From Bdellovibrio sp. (lineage in GTDB: Bacteria; Bdellovibrionota; Bdellovibrionia; Bdellovibrionales; Bdellovibrionaceae): DNA of 64,000 nt. The first letter of the stretch is position 1. Each line of letters starts with the position of its first letter. Where the stretch lies: positions 64,001-128,000 of the forward strand of contig JAKFBS010000011.1 in the NCBI GenBank assembly GCA_036677065.1, in the 5' to 3' direction. A model generated the notes under the pieces. It saw only the letters and a program-made list of their open reading frames with translations. It had not been told where the DNA came from and did not search any database. This document shows positions 18,790-28,753 of this stretch, in pieces. A program made the position numbers and the translations under genes.

Positions 18790-20754
18790 ATGGAAACAGT
18801 TCCGTCGTCGTCATCGACACCTTTACAAACTTTTGCTTACTCAAAAGAAGCTTCTTGGAGCCCTGAAAAAAGTGCTGCCCTGTACGGAATCAATAACTGG
18901 GGTAACGGTTATTTTCGCGTAAACAATAACGGTAACGTTGCGGTAACTCCTTTTTCTGAAAAAGGCCCTTCAGTTGACCTTTATGAGTTAACTCAAGAAT
19001 TACAAGATCGCGGTATTCGCGTACCGATCATGATTCGTTTTCCAGATATTATTAACCAACGCGTGCAATTGATTCACTCATGCTTTAACAAAGCGATGAC
19101 TGAATACAGCTACAAAGGCCAATTTTGCGGCGTTTACCCAATCAAAGTAAACCAACAGCGCCACCTGGTTCAGGAATTAGTGCGTTTTGGTAAAAACTGT
19201 AAACTTGGTTTAGAGTGCGGTTCTAAACCAGAATTATTAGTGGTTCTTTCACTCATGAACACTCCAGATGCAGTGATCGTATGTAACGGCTTCAAAGATG
19301 CTGAATATATCGAAACTGCATTACTAGCGCAAAAATTAGGTCGTCAAATTATCATCGTTGTCGATCGTAAAGATGAATTAAAACTCATCATGGATGCGGC
19401 AAAAAAATTATCTATTAAACCAAAAATTGGTTTCCGCGCGAAATTAAACACGCAAGGTGCCGGTAAATGGGTTGATTCAGCCGGCGCTCGTTCTAAATTC
19501 GGTTTAACTGCGGCTGAAATCGTTGAAGGCGTAGAAACGCTTCGCAATGCTGGCATGTTAGATTGTTTAGAATTACTTCACTATCATATCGGCTCACAGG
19601 TTCCGTCGATCCAGTCTATTAAATCTTCACTAAAAGAAGCCGCTCGCTTCTACGTTGAATTACATAACTTAGGTGCAAACCTTAAGTATATCGATGTGGG
19701 TGGCGGTCTTGGTGTGGATTACGATGGCTCAGGTCACTCTGACTCTTCAGTAAACTACTCTGAGCAAGAGTACGCTAACGACGTGGTATCTACGATTCAA
19801 ACACTTTGTGATGAAAAAAATATTCCACATCCAAACATCATCACAGAATCAGGCCGTGCGTTAGTAGCGCATCACTCGATTTTAATTTTTAACGTGATGG
19901 GCGTAAATAATCTTTACCGCCAACAACCACCAAATCCTGCAACTAAAAAAGATCCATCAATCATGCAGGATCTTCAGTACATCTTTGAAAAGTTAACTCC
20001 TGAAAATCTTAATGAGTGTTTCAATGATACTATGCAGGCGAAAAACGAGATCTTAAATTTATTCACTTACGGTGTATTAAATTTAACTCAACGTGCTTGG
20101 TGCGAAAACATGCACTTCACAATCGCTACTAAGATGTTAGAACTTGCGCGCAGAACACCTGATTGCGAAGACATCGTCGAGCAATTACGTGAAGAGCTTT
20201 GCGATACTTATTTCTGTAACTTCTCGGTGTTCCAATCAGTTCCGGATTCTTGGGCTGTGGGCCAGTTGTTTCCAGTAATGCCAATTCACAATCTTTCTCA
20301 AGAACCACACCATGAAGCAACAATTGCTGACTTAACATGTGATTCTGACGGTAAGATCGAAAAATTCATCGACACTGAAACTGGCGAATTCAAAAAGACA
20401 TTAAGAATTCACCCGTTCAAAGAAGGTGATCCTCCATATTTCTTAGGAATATTTTTAACAGGGGCTTACCAAGAGATCTTAGGCGATTTACATAATTTAT
20501 TCGGCGACACCGATGCGGTTCACATTTCAATCCACGAATCTGGTTACACCGTAGATCACTACGTACCAGGCGATACTGTGACTGAAGTATTAAGTTACGT
20601 TCAGTACGGCCGCGCAGAAATGGTTGATAGCGTTCGTCAATACACTGAAGAATCAATCGCTTCAGGTGGTATTACTAAGTTAGAAGCTAAAGCCTTACTT
20701 AAACACTACGAAGAAGGTTTATCAGGCTACACTTACTTAGAAGAGATGGAATAA
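18790..20754 (+). CDS. speA: Biosynthetic arginine decarboxylase
   Basis: 'YPIKVNQ', 'HIGSQ', 'DVGGGLGVDYDG', 'TCDSDG'. Confidence 0.96.
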   Translation: METVPSSSSTPLQTFAYSKEASWSPEKSAALYGINNWGNGYFRVNNNGNVAVTPFSEKGPSVDLYELTQELQDRGIRVPIMIRFPDIINQRVQLIHSCFNKAMTEYSYKGQFCGVYPIKVNQQRHLVQELVRFGKNCKLGLECGSKPELLVVLSLMNTPDAVIVCNGFKDAEYIETALLAQKLGRQIIIVVDRKDELKLIMDAAKKLSIKPKIGFRAKLNTQGAGKWVDSAGARSKFGLTAAEIVEGVETLRNAGMLDCLELLHYHIGSQVPSIQSIKSSLKEAARFYVELHNLGANLKYIDVGGGLGVDYDGSGHSDSSVNYSEQEYANDVVSTIQTLCDEKNIPHPNIITESGRALVAHHSILIFNVMGVNNLYRQQPPNPATKKDPSIMQDLQYIFEKLTPENLNECFNDTMQAKNEILNLFTYGVLNLTQRAWCENMHFTIATKMLELARRTPDCEDIVEQLREELCDTYFCNFSVFQSVPDSWAVGQLFPVMPIHNLSQEPHHEATIADLTCDSDGKIEKFIDTETGEFKKTLRIHPFKEGDPPYFLGIFLTGAYQEILGDLHNLFGDTDAVHISIHESGYTVDHYVPGDTVTEVLSYVQYGRAEMVDSVRQYTEESIASGGITKLEAKALLKHYEEGLSGYTYLEEME

Positions 20755-20796
20755 TTTTTCAGATGCCAGGCCCTGTTCCTGGCAACGAGGCGTCAA

Positions 20797-21174
20797 ATGA
20801 ATACAAGTAAAAAAGTTTTCGCGACTTTAAGTTTATTAGTTGCAGCTGTTGTTACAGTTGCAACGTCTCAACAAGAAGAAACTGAATACTCTTATTTTGG
20901 CGCTGCTTCAAACTGCCCTAACAGAACAGTAACGAATCAGGCGATTAGCACTGCATATGGTTCAATTGTTACACCTGAAGGCATGACCTTTGTTGATTTA
21001 GGCCTGCCAAAAACCACACTGGATATTCCAGCTGAAACTATAGTTTCAGGCACTATTGCTGGTGGTTTAACTCGCGTTTGCACGTACTCATTAAATACAA
21101 CCAGCGGCACATTACACGTGTATAGTTGTTCAGATAACAACAACCCTGTTTGCGCAGTTACCTTTACTCCGTAA
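20797..21174 (+). CDS. Small secreted protein; hydrophobic N-terminus ending 'VATS', 4 Cys
   Basis: SD GAGG; MNTSKKVFATLSLLVAAVVTVATSQQ. Confidence 0.7.
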   Translation: MNTSKKVFATLSLLVAAVVTVATSQQEETEYSYFGAASNCPNRTVTNQAISTAYGSIVTPEGMTFVDLGLPKTTLDIPAETIVSGTIAGGLTRVCTYSLNTTSGTLHVYSCSDNNNPVCAVTFTP

Positions 21175-21586
21175 TAAAAAATCTACGGCCAAAGAAATAA
21201 CACGCAAGACTTATGCTTAGGGCGATCAAGTCTGTGGGATCACTAGTAATGGCAATCGCAAATACATGATCCGAAAACCACTGCACGAATAAGTCTTTAA
21301 CAGCTGAATTTAATTTCATTACACAAAACACGGCGTCAGTTAAGACTATCGCTGTTAACAATAACCCGCGATTAAAAACAAAGTCTTTACGAAACAACCG
21401 CACTAGCAACACGACAACAGCACACAGAAATAACGGAAAATAAAATAACCCCGTAAAATCCGAAAGTTTACCGGTAATCATTCCAGGAAATTGATATTTT
21501 AAATAATGATCATTCACCGCTGTAAGAACCACAGCCAACAGTGGCAACGGATGAATAAAAAAATGAATCGGCTTAAATGAGTTCAC
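21164..21586 (-). CDS. Small integral membrane protein with NDHxLK / TGKLSD / DPxDL motifs
   Basis: About 4 hydrophobic segments with polar motifs; GTG start 7 nt after TGn-TATAGT. Confidence 0.75.
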   Translation of the reverse strand: MNSFKPIHFFIHPLPLLAVVLTAVNDHYLKYQFPGMITGKLSDFTGLFYFPLFLCAVVVLLVRLFRKDFVFNRGLLLTAIVLTDAVFCVMKLNSAVKDLFVQWFSDHVFAIAITSDPTDLIALSISLACYFFGRRFFITE

Positions 21587-21612
21587 GTATAAAACTATAA
21601 CACTGAACCGCT

Positions 21613-21647
21613 AAAATAAAAAAGGCCGATCCTAAGATCAGCCTTTT
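21613..21647 (-). terminator. Rho-independent terminator
   Basis: Minus strand AAAAGGCTGATC-TTAG-GATCGGCCTTTT followed by TTATTTT. Confidence 0.8.
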
Positions 21648-21674
21648 CAAAAATTTCGAATGTTAATTCAAAAA

Positions 21675-23051
21675 TTATTTTTTATCGAAGAATGTAGCGC
21701 GTGTGAATGAAGTCACATCAACGATACGGCCTAAACCTAAATCTACACGAATAGAATTAGCCGATAAATTTAATAATTCGCCGTCATTAGTTAAGCCAAC
21801 CATAGTGCCAGCTGCTTTATGAATACGTTTTACGTCTGCATCAACGGCTACGTTGTTAGCAGCAGTAATTTTACCAGTCGTGCCTTCACAAGAGATTTTT
21901 ACTACACCTTTAGTTGTATTAACATAAGCGTAGTTTTTCTCTGGAGTGTAACCTTCTGTGTAAACGATTGATAAGGCTTCACCACCACCAAGCTGAACTT
22001 CGTTAGCTTGAGCTGGGTTTTGACGTTTATCACAGAAAAATTTAACTTTAGTTTTTTCTACACGAGCATTCCATGTCCATGCGAAGTAATAATCAACAAC
22101 GTTTGCACGAGTAGCCACATTGTCATTGTATTCGCCAGAAAGTGGAGAAATTTCGCCAGTCTGGAAAATTCTAGACATAGCTAAGTTTTTATCTTCAGGA
22201 ATGAAAACTAAACCCATTTTGCTTTTTGCAAAATGACCGTAGTTTTCAGTTTTACCGATTAAGTTAGCTGTTTTTAGCTTAGCATCGATTTGGTACATTT
22301 CACGATCAGCAGTTAAAGCCAAGAAAGCTTCTTCTTTATTGATAGTCACTGGAGTTTGGAATGCTTCAGCAGCGTAAATTAAAGATGATGCTTGAGCTAA
22401 TGCACGGTGTGCAGGGTGAATGTCTTTACCGTAAGCGCCAAGTTGTGCGTAAGTTTCAACTGTTACAGCGTATGAACCTGCATCAGAGATTTTTTTATCA
22501 CAAGCGCCGTTTAAGCCAGCACGAGGACCTTGCGAACAAGTTACGTGTGGGTAACCTTCGATGTGACGTGCTTCATGCATAAATACAGAAGCTAAATCAA
22601 GCGGAGTAAATGCAGGCGTTAAAGCCATCGGGCAAACGTGCATTGTGTTTTGGTGAAAAAATCCGTAAACGAAAGCGATCACACCTTGTGGACAAGATTT
22701 TTCGATAGCGAAAGTTTTTACTAAGTTAGTTGTGTATTTATACCAGTCACCAGCAAAAGTGCCTTTGAATAAATCATCAGGGCTATTTGTCATAGGCTGA
22801 GTGAATTGCACTTTACGGATGTAGTGGATACCCGCAAGTAAGTAAGCTTCTTCTGAACCATCATTGCAATATTCTTTGCCTGATAATTTGGCGAATTGTT
22901 TAAAATCTTTCGCGATTTGAGTCATGTCTGCTGCAGGAATACAGCTGCCTGCATCTGTGCCTGGAGTTGGCTCTGTGATTGGGCCGATGCCGATTTGAGC
23001 TTGTGCTGATAAAGAAAAACCAAGCACTACTGCTAATAATAATTGTTTCAT
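21675..23051 (-). CDS. Secreted zinc metalloprotease-like protein (metzincin motif)
   Basis: Signal peptide MKQLLLAVV; 'HEARHIEGYPH' = HExxHxxGxxH. Confidence 0.7.
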   Translation of the reverse strand: MKQLLLAVVLGFSLSAQAQIGIGPITEPTPGTDAGSCIPAADMTQIAKDFKQFAKLSGKEYCNDGSEEAYLLAGIHYIRKVQFTQPMTNSPDDLFKGTFAGDWYKYTTNLVKTFAIEKSCPQGVIAFVYGFFHQNTMHVCPMALTPAFTPLDLASVFMHEARHIEGYPHVTCSQGPRAGLNGACDKKISDAGSYAVTVETYAQLGAYGKDIHPAHRALAQASSLIYAAEAFQTPVTINKEEAFLALTADREMYQIDAKLKTANLIGKTENYGHFAKSKMGLVFIPEDKNLAMSRIFQTGEISPLSGEYNDNVATRANVVDYYFAWTWNARVEKTKVKFFCDKRQNPAQANEVQLGGGEALSIVYTEGYTPEKNYAYVNTTKGVVKISCEGTTGKITAANNVAVDADVKRIHKAAGTMVGLTNDGELLNLSANSIRVDLGLGRIVDVTSFTRATFFDKK

Positions 23052-23122
23052 GTGACTGCCCCCCTTGGTGTCGCCAAAGAGTTCACCCCAAAATGGAACC
23101 AGTTTCAACAAGATTTCGTTAG

Positions 23123-23863
23123 TTATTTAGAGATTTCTTTGAGTTTATTCTCAGCGTAATTCTTAACACTAAGATCTTTTACACTGCGGCTTAGTTTTGT
23201 CAGCTCAGCTAGGGCCTTATTCGCTGCCGCAACATCATCGCCTCGTGCTAAATCGGCAAGGCGATTAATTGCTAAAATGCGTAACGCGCGCTCTTGCACT
23301 TGCTGCGTCTCAGCCAAACTATGAGCTTCGGGCTTACCATCAAGCTTAATCGGGCTCAGAACTAACGCAGAAAGATCGGCCACATTCGCATAACCTGCAT
23401 AACCTAATAAATAGGCCGCAAGAATTCGGTCATTCACATTCGGAGACTTCGTGCGAGCCACCACTGCCAATTGCTTAAATTGTGCTGGCGTCATCTTACC
23501 TGTTATCTGCAGATAACGTTGCTGCACGACTTCTTCATTTACATTGTACTGATTCATTAATTTTACTTCAGAATCAAACCACTCTTTAAATTGAGTTGGC
23601 GTTACTGCCGACGGATCAAAAGCAGGCAGAGCTGCCTGAGCCGCTGCTGCTGTGGCTGAAATCGCATGAGCTTCAGCAGCTCCTGCAAAACCACCCGTTT
23701 GTTTTTTGCCTTTGATTTTTTCACTGACCGCCGCGGTTACAGATTCGATTTCATGCATTGGTGTGCGGCCAAATAGAATCCAATCAACTAAAGCCAGCAA
23801 TACGACTAAGATTAAAAAGCCAAAGAATAATTTTTTATTAAACCACTCACTGGAAAATTTCAT
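23123..23863 (-). CDS. Hypothetical membrane-anchored helical protein
   Basis: N-terminal TM; HEAT-like C-terminal helices. Confidence 0.6.
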   Translation of the reverse strand: MKFSSEWFNKKLFFGFLILVVLLALVDWILFGRTPMHEIESVTAAVSEKIKGKKQTGGFAGAAEAHAISATAAAAQAALPAFDPSAVTPTQFKEWFDSEVKLMNQYNVNEEVVQQRYLQITGKMTPAQFKQLAVVARTKSPNVNDRILAAYLLGYAGYANVADLSALVLSPIKLDGKPEAHSLAETQQVQERALRILAINRLADLARGDDVAAANKALAELTKLSRSVKDLSVKNYAENKLKEISK

Positions 23864-24629
23864 ATTTTACCTCGGCCCAATATTCAAAGGCCTTTAAATC
23901 TTCGGGAGTTCCCCATTGAAAGAATTTATTAATTTCATAAGCGTGAACTTTTAAACCAGGGCGCACATTCATTAAGGCTTTAGCCGCAAGCGAAGTAAAA
24001 AATTCGCCGTTCCAACTTAACTTTTGTTTTTGCTGTTCGATCAGCGCTTCTTTTAAAAGTTTTGCGCTCTTAAAATAATAACCACCGGTTGAGGCAAAAT
24101 CATCTTCGCGGTTTTTTGAAAACGATTCTTTTTCTTTAATATCTAAAATCTGATGGCCTTCGGTTTTAGCGTAACAATACATATTGCTTGTCAGATAATG
24201 CGCGTGAAATCCGCGGTAACCGATAAAACAAATATCTGAATCGTTTGTATTTACAAAATTTAAAAAATGGTCTGGATTCCAAACTTGACCGTAATCACAG
24301 TAAGTCACAAATACTGGTTGATCAGCGTGGATTAATTCTAAACCTGCAATTACCGTTTGCATTGGTCCGCCATTATTAGGCGCAATTTCTGCAAAACGAA
24401 CATCATTGCGTTCGCCTTCGATAAATTGAATATGATTTTTTGTGTAATCTTGGTTATTCAACACACAAACTGTTGGCCAAGTTTGCGGAAACAGATCAAG
24501 CACACGCTTGACCATTGGTTTTCCTAAGACATTGACGAAGGGTTTTGGTTCGGTGTAGCCCGCTTGGCGAAAGCGAAGTCCTCTTCCGCCCATGGTCACT
24601 AATACTACGGGGCGACTCTCGCTCTCCAT
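23847..24629 (-). CDS. Sugar-phosphate nucleotidyltransferase-like protein
   Basis: 'MGGRGLRF...PKPFV', 'YCD', 'IKEK', 'WGTPEDL'. Confidence 0.85.
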   Translation of the reverse strand: MESESRPVVLVTMGGRGLRFRQAGYTEPKPFVNVLGKPMVKRVLDLFPQTWPTVCVLNNQDYTKNHIQFIEGERNDVRFAEIAPNNGGPMQTVIAGLELIHADQPVFVTYCDYGQVWNPDHFLNFVNTNDSDICFIGYRGFHAHYLTSNMYCYAKTEGHQILDIKEKESFSKNREDDFASTGGYYFKSAKLLKEALIEQQKQKLSWNGEFFTSLAAKALMNVRPGLKVHAYEINKFFQWGTPEDLKAFEYWAEVKYEIFQ

Positions 24630-24633
24630 AGAA

Positions 24634-25668
24634 TTAACCAACCGACGATTTCGAATCGAAAGCGTCACGTACCGCCAAGCCGATATTAATTAATAGAGTT
24701 AATGTAATAATTAAAGCTGCTGCTGGGTACCAGACTAACCACTCTGCCGTGGTAAAGTATTTTTGCGCCTGTTGAAGTAATTCACCCCAACTTGGAGTTG
24801 GTGCGCGTAAGCCTAAACCTAAATAATCTAAGAATGATAACACAGAAATATTTGCAGCAATATCAAACGGAGAAAACGTCACAACCGGAGTAATTGCATT
24901 TGGTAAGATATGTTTAAAGATCACCCGTTTATCAGAAGATCCTAAAGCCTTAGCCGCTTCAACGTATTCACGTTTACGTAATTGTAAAAACTGAGCGCGC
25001 ATGTAAAGCGCCATCTTCGTCCAATCAAATAGTGCTAAGAATAAAACCAGCACTAATAGATTTGGCGTAAAAATCGAAATGATTGTGATCAAAATTAACG
25101 TTGTCGGCATTGTTTGAATAATTTCAACCGAACGCATACCAATTAAATCGATCTTGCCACCGTAATAACCGGCAATAGAACCAATCGTAATACCGACAAG
25201 GTACGAACAAATCCACGCCCCTAAAGCAAAGATAAATGAATAACGTAATCCGTAAAGCAGACGGGTTAAAACATCACGACCGCGATCGTCTGTTCCCATC
25301 GGATTAAATTTAGTCGGAGCCGCCGGATAACTTTCAACTGTCGTATTGCTTTCAAATGGATCCCATTGAACCACTGGCCATACAGCCCAGTCGCCTTCTT
25401 TAAATTCTAAAGAGCGGTAATCCATCACATAAATATCTTCGCGGCCAAAAACCGTTGGGTGATATTCTTTAACTAACGGAAAATAAATTTCGCCCTGATA
25501 TTTCATAACATGTGGTTTACTGTTCGCCCAGAATTCAGCTGTGAACGAGAAAAACAATAATGCCAAAATCATCCACGAAGAAAAAACGGCTAATTTATTT
25601 CTTTTAAAACGGCGGTAGCGCTTTAAAGTTAGTTCATTTGTAATAAATCTGTTTTCAATGATGTTCAT
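24634..25668 (-). CDS. Peptide ABC transporter permease (YejE/OppC-like)
   Basis: 'MGTDDRGRDV', EAA loop 'YVEAAKALG', 'PSWGELL'. Confidence 0.93.
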   Translation of the reverse strand: MNIIENRFITNELTLKRYRRFKRNKLAVFSSWMILALLFFSFTAEFWANSKPHVMKYQGEIYFPLVKEYHPTVFGREDIYVMDYRSLEFKEGDWAVWPVVQWDPFESNTTVESYPAAPTKFNPMGTDDRGRDVLTRLLYGLRYSFIFALGAWICSYLVGITIGSIAGYYGGKIDLIGMRSVEIIQTMPTTLILITIISIFTPNLLVLVLFLALFDWTKMALYMRAQFLQLRKREYVEAAKALGSSDKRVIFKHILPNAITPVVTFSPFDIAANISVLSFLDYLGLGLRAPTPSWGELLQQAQKYFTTAEWLVWYPAAALIITLTLLINIGLAVRDAFDSKSSVG

Positions 25669-25680
25669 CTATATTTACCG

Positions 25681-26691
25681 TTATTTAAAATCAATACGAG
25701 GATCAACCAGTACATAGATAATATCGCTTAAGATATTTCCTATTAATAATAACAAGGCTGAAATGAATGTTAATCCCATGATCACGTTGTAATCGCGGGC
25801 AAGAATAGAACTGTAACCTAATAACCCGATACCATCTAAGTTGAAAACCGTTTCAACAATTAATGAACCTGCTAAGAACACACGTAAAAATCCGCCTAAA
25901 CCAGTCGCTACCGGAATTAGGGCATTACGCAAAGCATGTTTGTAATAAACCATGCGGTCTGAAAGACCTTTGGCGCGCGCGGTACGGATATAATCAGATT
26001 TAATAATATCTAACATCGAGTTACGCACTAACATTGATAACTCAGTAAAGTTTCCGATCATGTAACATGTTAGTGGCAAAACAAAGTGATACGCGCGATC
26101 GCCGATTTTACCTAGCGTTGTTAAGTTGTCGTACTCATCAGATTTGATTCCACCAATTGGAAACCAATCAAAATACGAACCGCCGGCAAACCAAACAATT
26201 AAGAAAATCCCCAACACCAGCGGAGGAATCGAATAAGTGATGTAAAGTAAAAATCCTGAGATCTGGTCAAAGGCACTTCCGGCTTTAATAGCTTTTTTTA
26301 CGCCGAGCGGAATACAAACCAGATAAGTTAAGAACAACGAAGCCAAACCAAATGATAATGAAACTGGAAATTTAGAAGAAATAACGTCGATCACCGGCTC
26401 TTGATACGAGAAGCTATCGCCGAAATCCATTTTGGTAATATTTTTAAGCCAGATTAGGTAACGTTCATGGATTGGCTTATCAAAACCGTACTGCTTTGCT
26501 AAATTATCAAGCATTTCTTGCGATACACCCGTTGAACGACCGCCATCGCCGCCGCCGCCCATACGAATTTTTTGCATCTTTTGCTCAATCGGCCCGCCTG
26601 GAGCCGCATTGATGATCAAGAATGTAATTAAAGTAATACCGATGAAGGTAGGAATCGCTAATAGAATACGTCTCAGGATGTAAACGAACAT
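25681..26691 (-). CDS. Peptide ABC transporter permease (YejB/OppB-like)
   Basis: 'APGGP', 'DYIRTARAKGL', 'HALRNA', 'VDPRI'. Confidence 0.93.
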   Translation of the reverse strand: MFVYILRRILLAIPTFIGITLITFLIINAAPGGPIEQKMQKIRMGGGGDGGRSTGVSQEMLDNLAKQYGFDKPIHERYLIWLKNITKMDFGDSFSYQEPVIDVISSKFPVSLSFGLASLFLTYLVCIPLGVKKAIKAGSAFDQISGFLLYITYSIPPLVLGIFLIVWFAGGSYFDWFPIGGIKSDEYDNLTTLGKIGDRAYHFVLPLTCYMIGNFTELSMLVRNSMLDIIKSDYIRTARAKGLSDRMVYYKHALRNALIPVATGLGGFLRVFLAGSLIVETVFNLDGIGLLGYSSILARDYNVIMGLTFISALLLLIGNILSDIIYVLVDPRIDFK

Positions 26692-26825
26692 ACGAAGCTT
26701 ATACTGATCATGCTGAAAGAGGGCAAACGATTTTACAAAATCTGTGACAAATTTTGGGCATAAAAAAATGCCAGGAAGGCATTTTTTCGCGCGAGCCCCG
26801 TAGGGGGTTTTGGGCAGGAGCCCAA

Positions 26826-26861
26826 AACAAAAAAACCCAAGGATTTGAAGCCTTGGGTTTT
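26826..26861 (-). terminator. Rho-independent terminator between binding-protein and permease genes
   Basis: AAAACCCAAGG-N8-CCTTGGGTTTT stem; minus-strand U-tract. Confidence 0.75.
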
Positions 26862-26898
26862 GTAGTTTCTACTCTGTTTAGAATTTAAACTCAAAGTG

Positions 26899-28539
26899 CT
26901 ACTTCGTAGCAGCCCACCAAGTTCTGAAACCAAAATCGTATTTAAAAGTGTCGCCCGGAGATTTCACTTTGTTAGACATACCGTAGTACTCATACTTGCG
27001 GTTAAACAAGAATACATAAGGAACATCGTCAGCGATTAAGCCGTAAACTTTTTTGAAGATCGCATTACGTTTCTTAGGGTCTAATTCTTGGCGGCCTTCG
27101 TCGATTAATTTATCAACTTCTGCATTCGCGTAAGTGCCGTAGTTAGAACCACCTTTTGAAGCTGAAGAAGAATGCCAAATTTGTTTTGGATCGCCTTCAA
27201 CGTCTCCGCCGCCCCAGCCCATTGCCCATAATTGCATTTGGCGCTCGTCAACATTCTTGATGAAAGTGTTCCACTCTAAAAGTTTTAATTCGACATCAAT
27301 ACCTGCTTTTTTGCAGTCTTCTTTAACGATAGTCCACTGTTTTTCAGAATCTTTATTAGCGTAGATGAAAGTTAATTTTAACTCTGTTTTCTTACCGTTA
27401 ATTTCTTTTTCTAAAATACCATTTTTATCAGCATCAGCCCAGCCAGATTTATTTAATAAGGCTTTAGCTTTAGCCGGACTGAATTCGATCGCTTTGTTAG
27501 CCGGAGACTGTGCTGTTCCAACAGGTACCGGAGAAGTTGCTAAGTGATTTAAGTTCTCGGCAAATTTTTTGTTCATTTCAGCGCGATTTACTAAGTGAGC
27601 AAATGCAATACGCACGTTTTTGTCAGCTAAGATTGGATCTTTAAAGTTAAAACCGATGTAGCCGTATGATTTAGGCATATCATTTTTAACAGCTAAACCG
27701 ATAAATTTTTCAGCAACAGTTTTAGCTTTGAAAGGTTTGCCAGTCGCTTTTAAGAAAGTGTCAGTTGATTTGAATTCAGCGTAATCAAGGTCACCTTTTT
27801 TAAGACGTTCAACTAAAATGTTATCATCTTTAGTGAAACGGAAATTGATTTGGTCAAAGTTATAAAAACCTTTTAAAGCCGGAACAGTCCAGCCATACCA
27901 CTTTTCATTACGTTTGATAGAGATTGATTGGCCTTTATCGTATTTAAGTAATGAGTACGGACCGGCACCGATCGCTTCTTTTTGCATTTTTACAGACTTG
28001 TTAATATCGCCGTAAACTGATTTAGGTAAGATGATCATACCGCAAAGAGAATTTAAATTTTGGAAGTATTTTTCTGAAGCAATGAATTTCACAGTGTGCT
28101 TATCGATAACTTCAACTTTTGAGATTTTTTCAAAGTAAGGAAGCATATTTAAAGCTTGGTGCTTAGGTTCTCTGATAGTTTCTAAAGAAAACTTAACATC
28201 TTCAGCAGTTACTGGTTCACCGTTTTGAAAAACAGCATCTTTACGTAAGAAAAATGTAAAAGATAACCCGTCTTTACCGATATCCCATTTTTCAGCTAGG
28301 CGTGGTTCAAAAGCCCAAGTGTTAAAGTTATTAGTACACAAAGAATCATGCACGTAATTGTTGAAGTATTGGTTATAAACATCGCCACCCATAATTGGAT
28401 GTAAGCTTTCAGGCTCAGCATCGAAGTTATAATTAAATGCGCCGCCCTTTGGAGCAGATGCATTTGCAGTTACCGCTTGTGCAACAGAAGTTAGGTTCAT
28501 GACTACCGCTGCTGCTGTGATTAGTTTTAAGAATTTCAT
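26899..28539 (-). CDS. Peptide ABC transporter substrate-binding protein (family 5)
   Basis: Signal peptide; 'PRLAEKW', 'FQNGEPVTAEDVKFS', 'IGAGPY'. Confidence 0.93.
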   Translation of the reverse strand: MKFLKLITAAAVVMNLTSVAQAVTANASAPKGGAFNYNFDAEPESLHPIMGGDVYNQYFNNYVHDSLCTNNFNTWAFEPRLAEKWDIGKDGLSFTFFLRKDAVFQNGEPVTAEDVKFSLETIREPKHQALNMLPYFEKISKVEVIDKHTVKFIASEKYFQNLNSLCGMIILPKSVYGDINKSVKMQKEAIGAGPYSLLKYDKGQSISIKRNEKWYGWTVPALKGFYNFDQINFRFTKDDNILVERLKKGDLDYAEFKSTDTFLKATGKPFKAKTVAEKFIGLAVKNDMPKSYGYIGFNFKDPILADKNVRIAFAHLVNRAEMNKKFAENLNHLATSPVPVGTAQSPANKAIEFSPAKAKALLNKSGWADADKNGILEKEINGKKTELKLTFIYANKDSEKQWTIVKEDCKKAGIDVELKLLEWNTFIKNVDERQMQLWAMGWGGGDVEGDPKQIWHSSSASKGGSNYGTYANAEVDKLIDEGRQELDPKKRNAIFKKVYGLIADDVPYVFLFNRKYEYYGMSNKVKSPGDTFKYDFGFRTWWAATK

Positions 28540-28753
28540 ATGAAATATTCCCCTTTTCATTCGCCTGCTAGAATAATGAAGTGTATTCGGTGTTCAAGGG
28601 GTAATTTGAATTTTATATATTATTGCTGCAGATAGCTAAAAACCTGTAATTACTTTGAAATTTTCTGTTGCGGGCCTCAAGTCCACAAGCTATCTATGCT
28701 TGAGCAAAAGTGCTAAATTTACTTATATTTTATTAAACTCTACCGAGGTTTTT

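Noticed and set aside
26733..26933. 66-aa minus-strand ORF
   Set aside because: Runs through the terminator and hairpin cluster and overlaps the binding-protein gene; no SD
28655..28753. Upstream TTG start for agmatinase
   Set aside because: ATG 28754 has an SD; the extension has no recognisable motif
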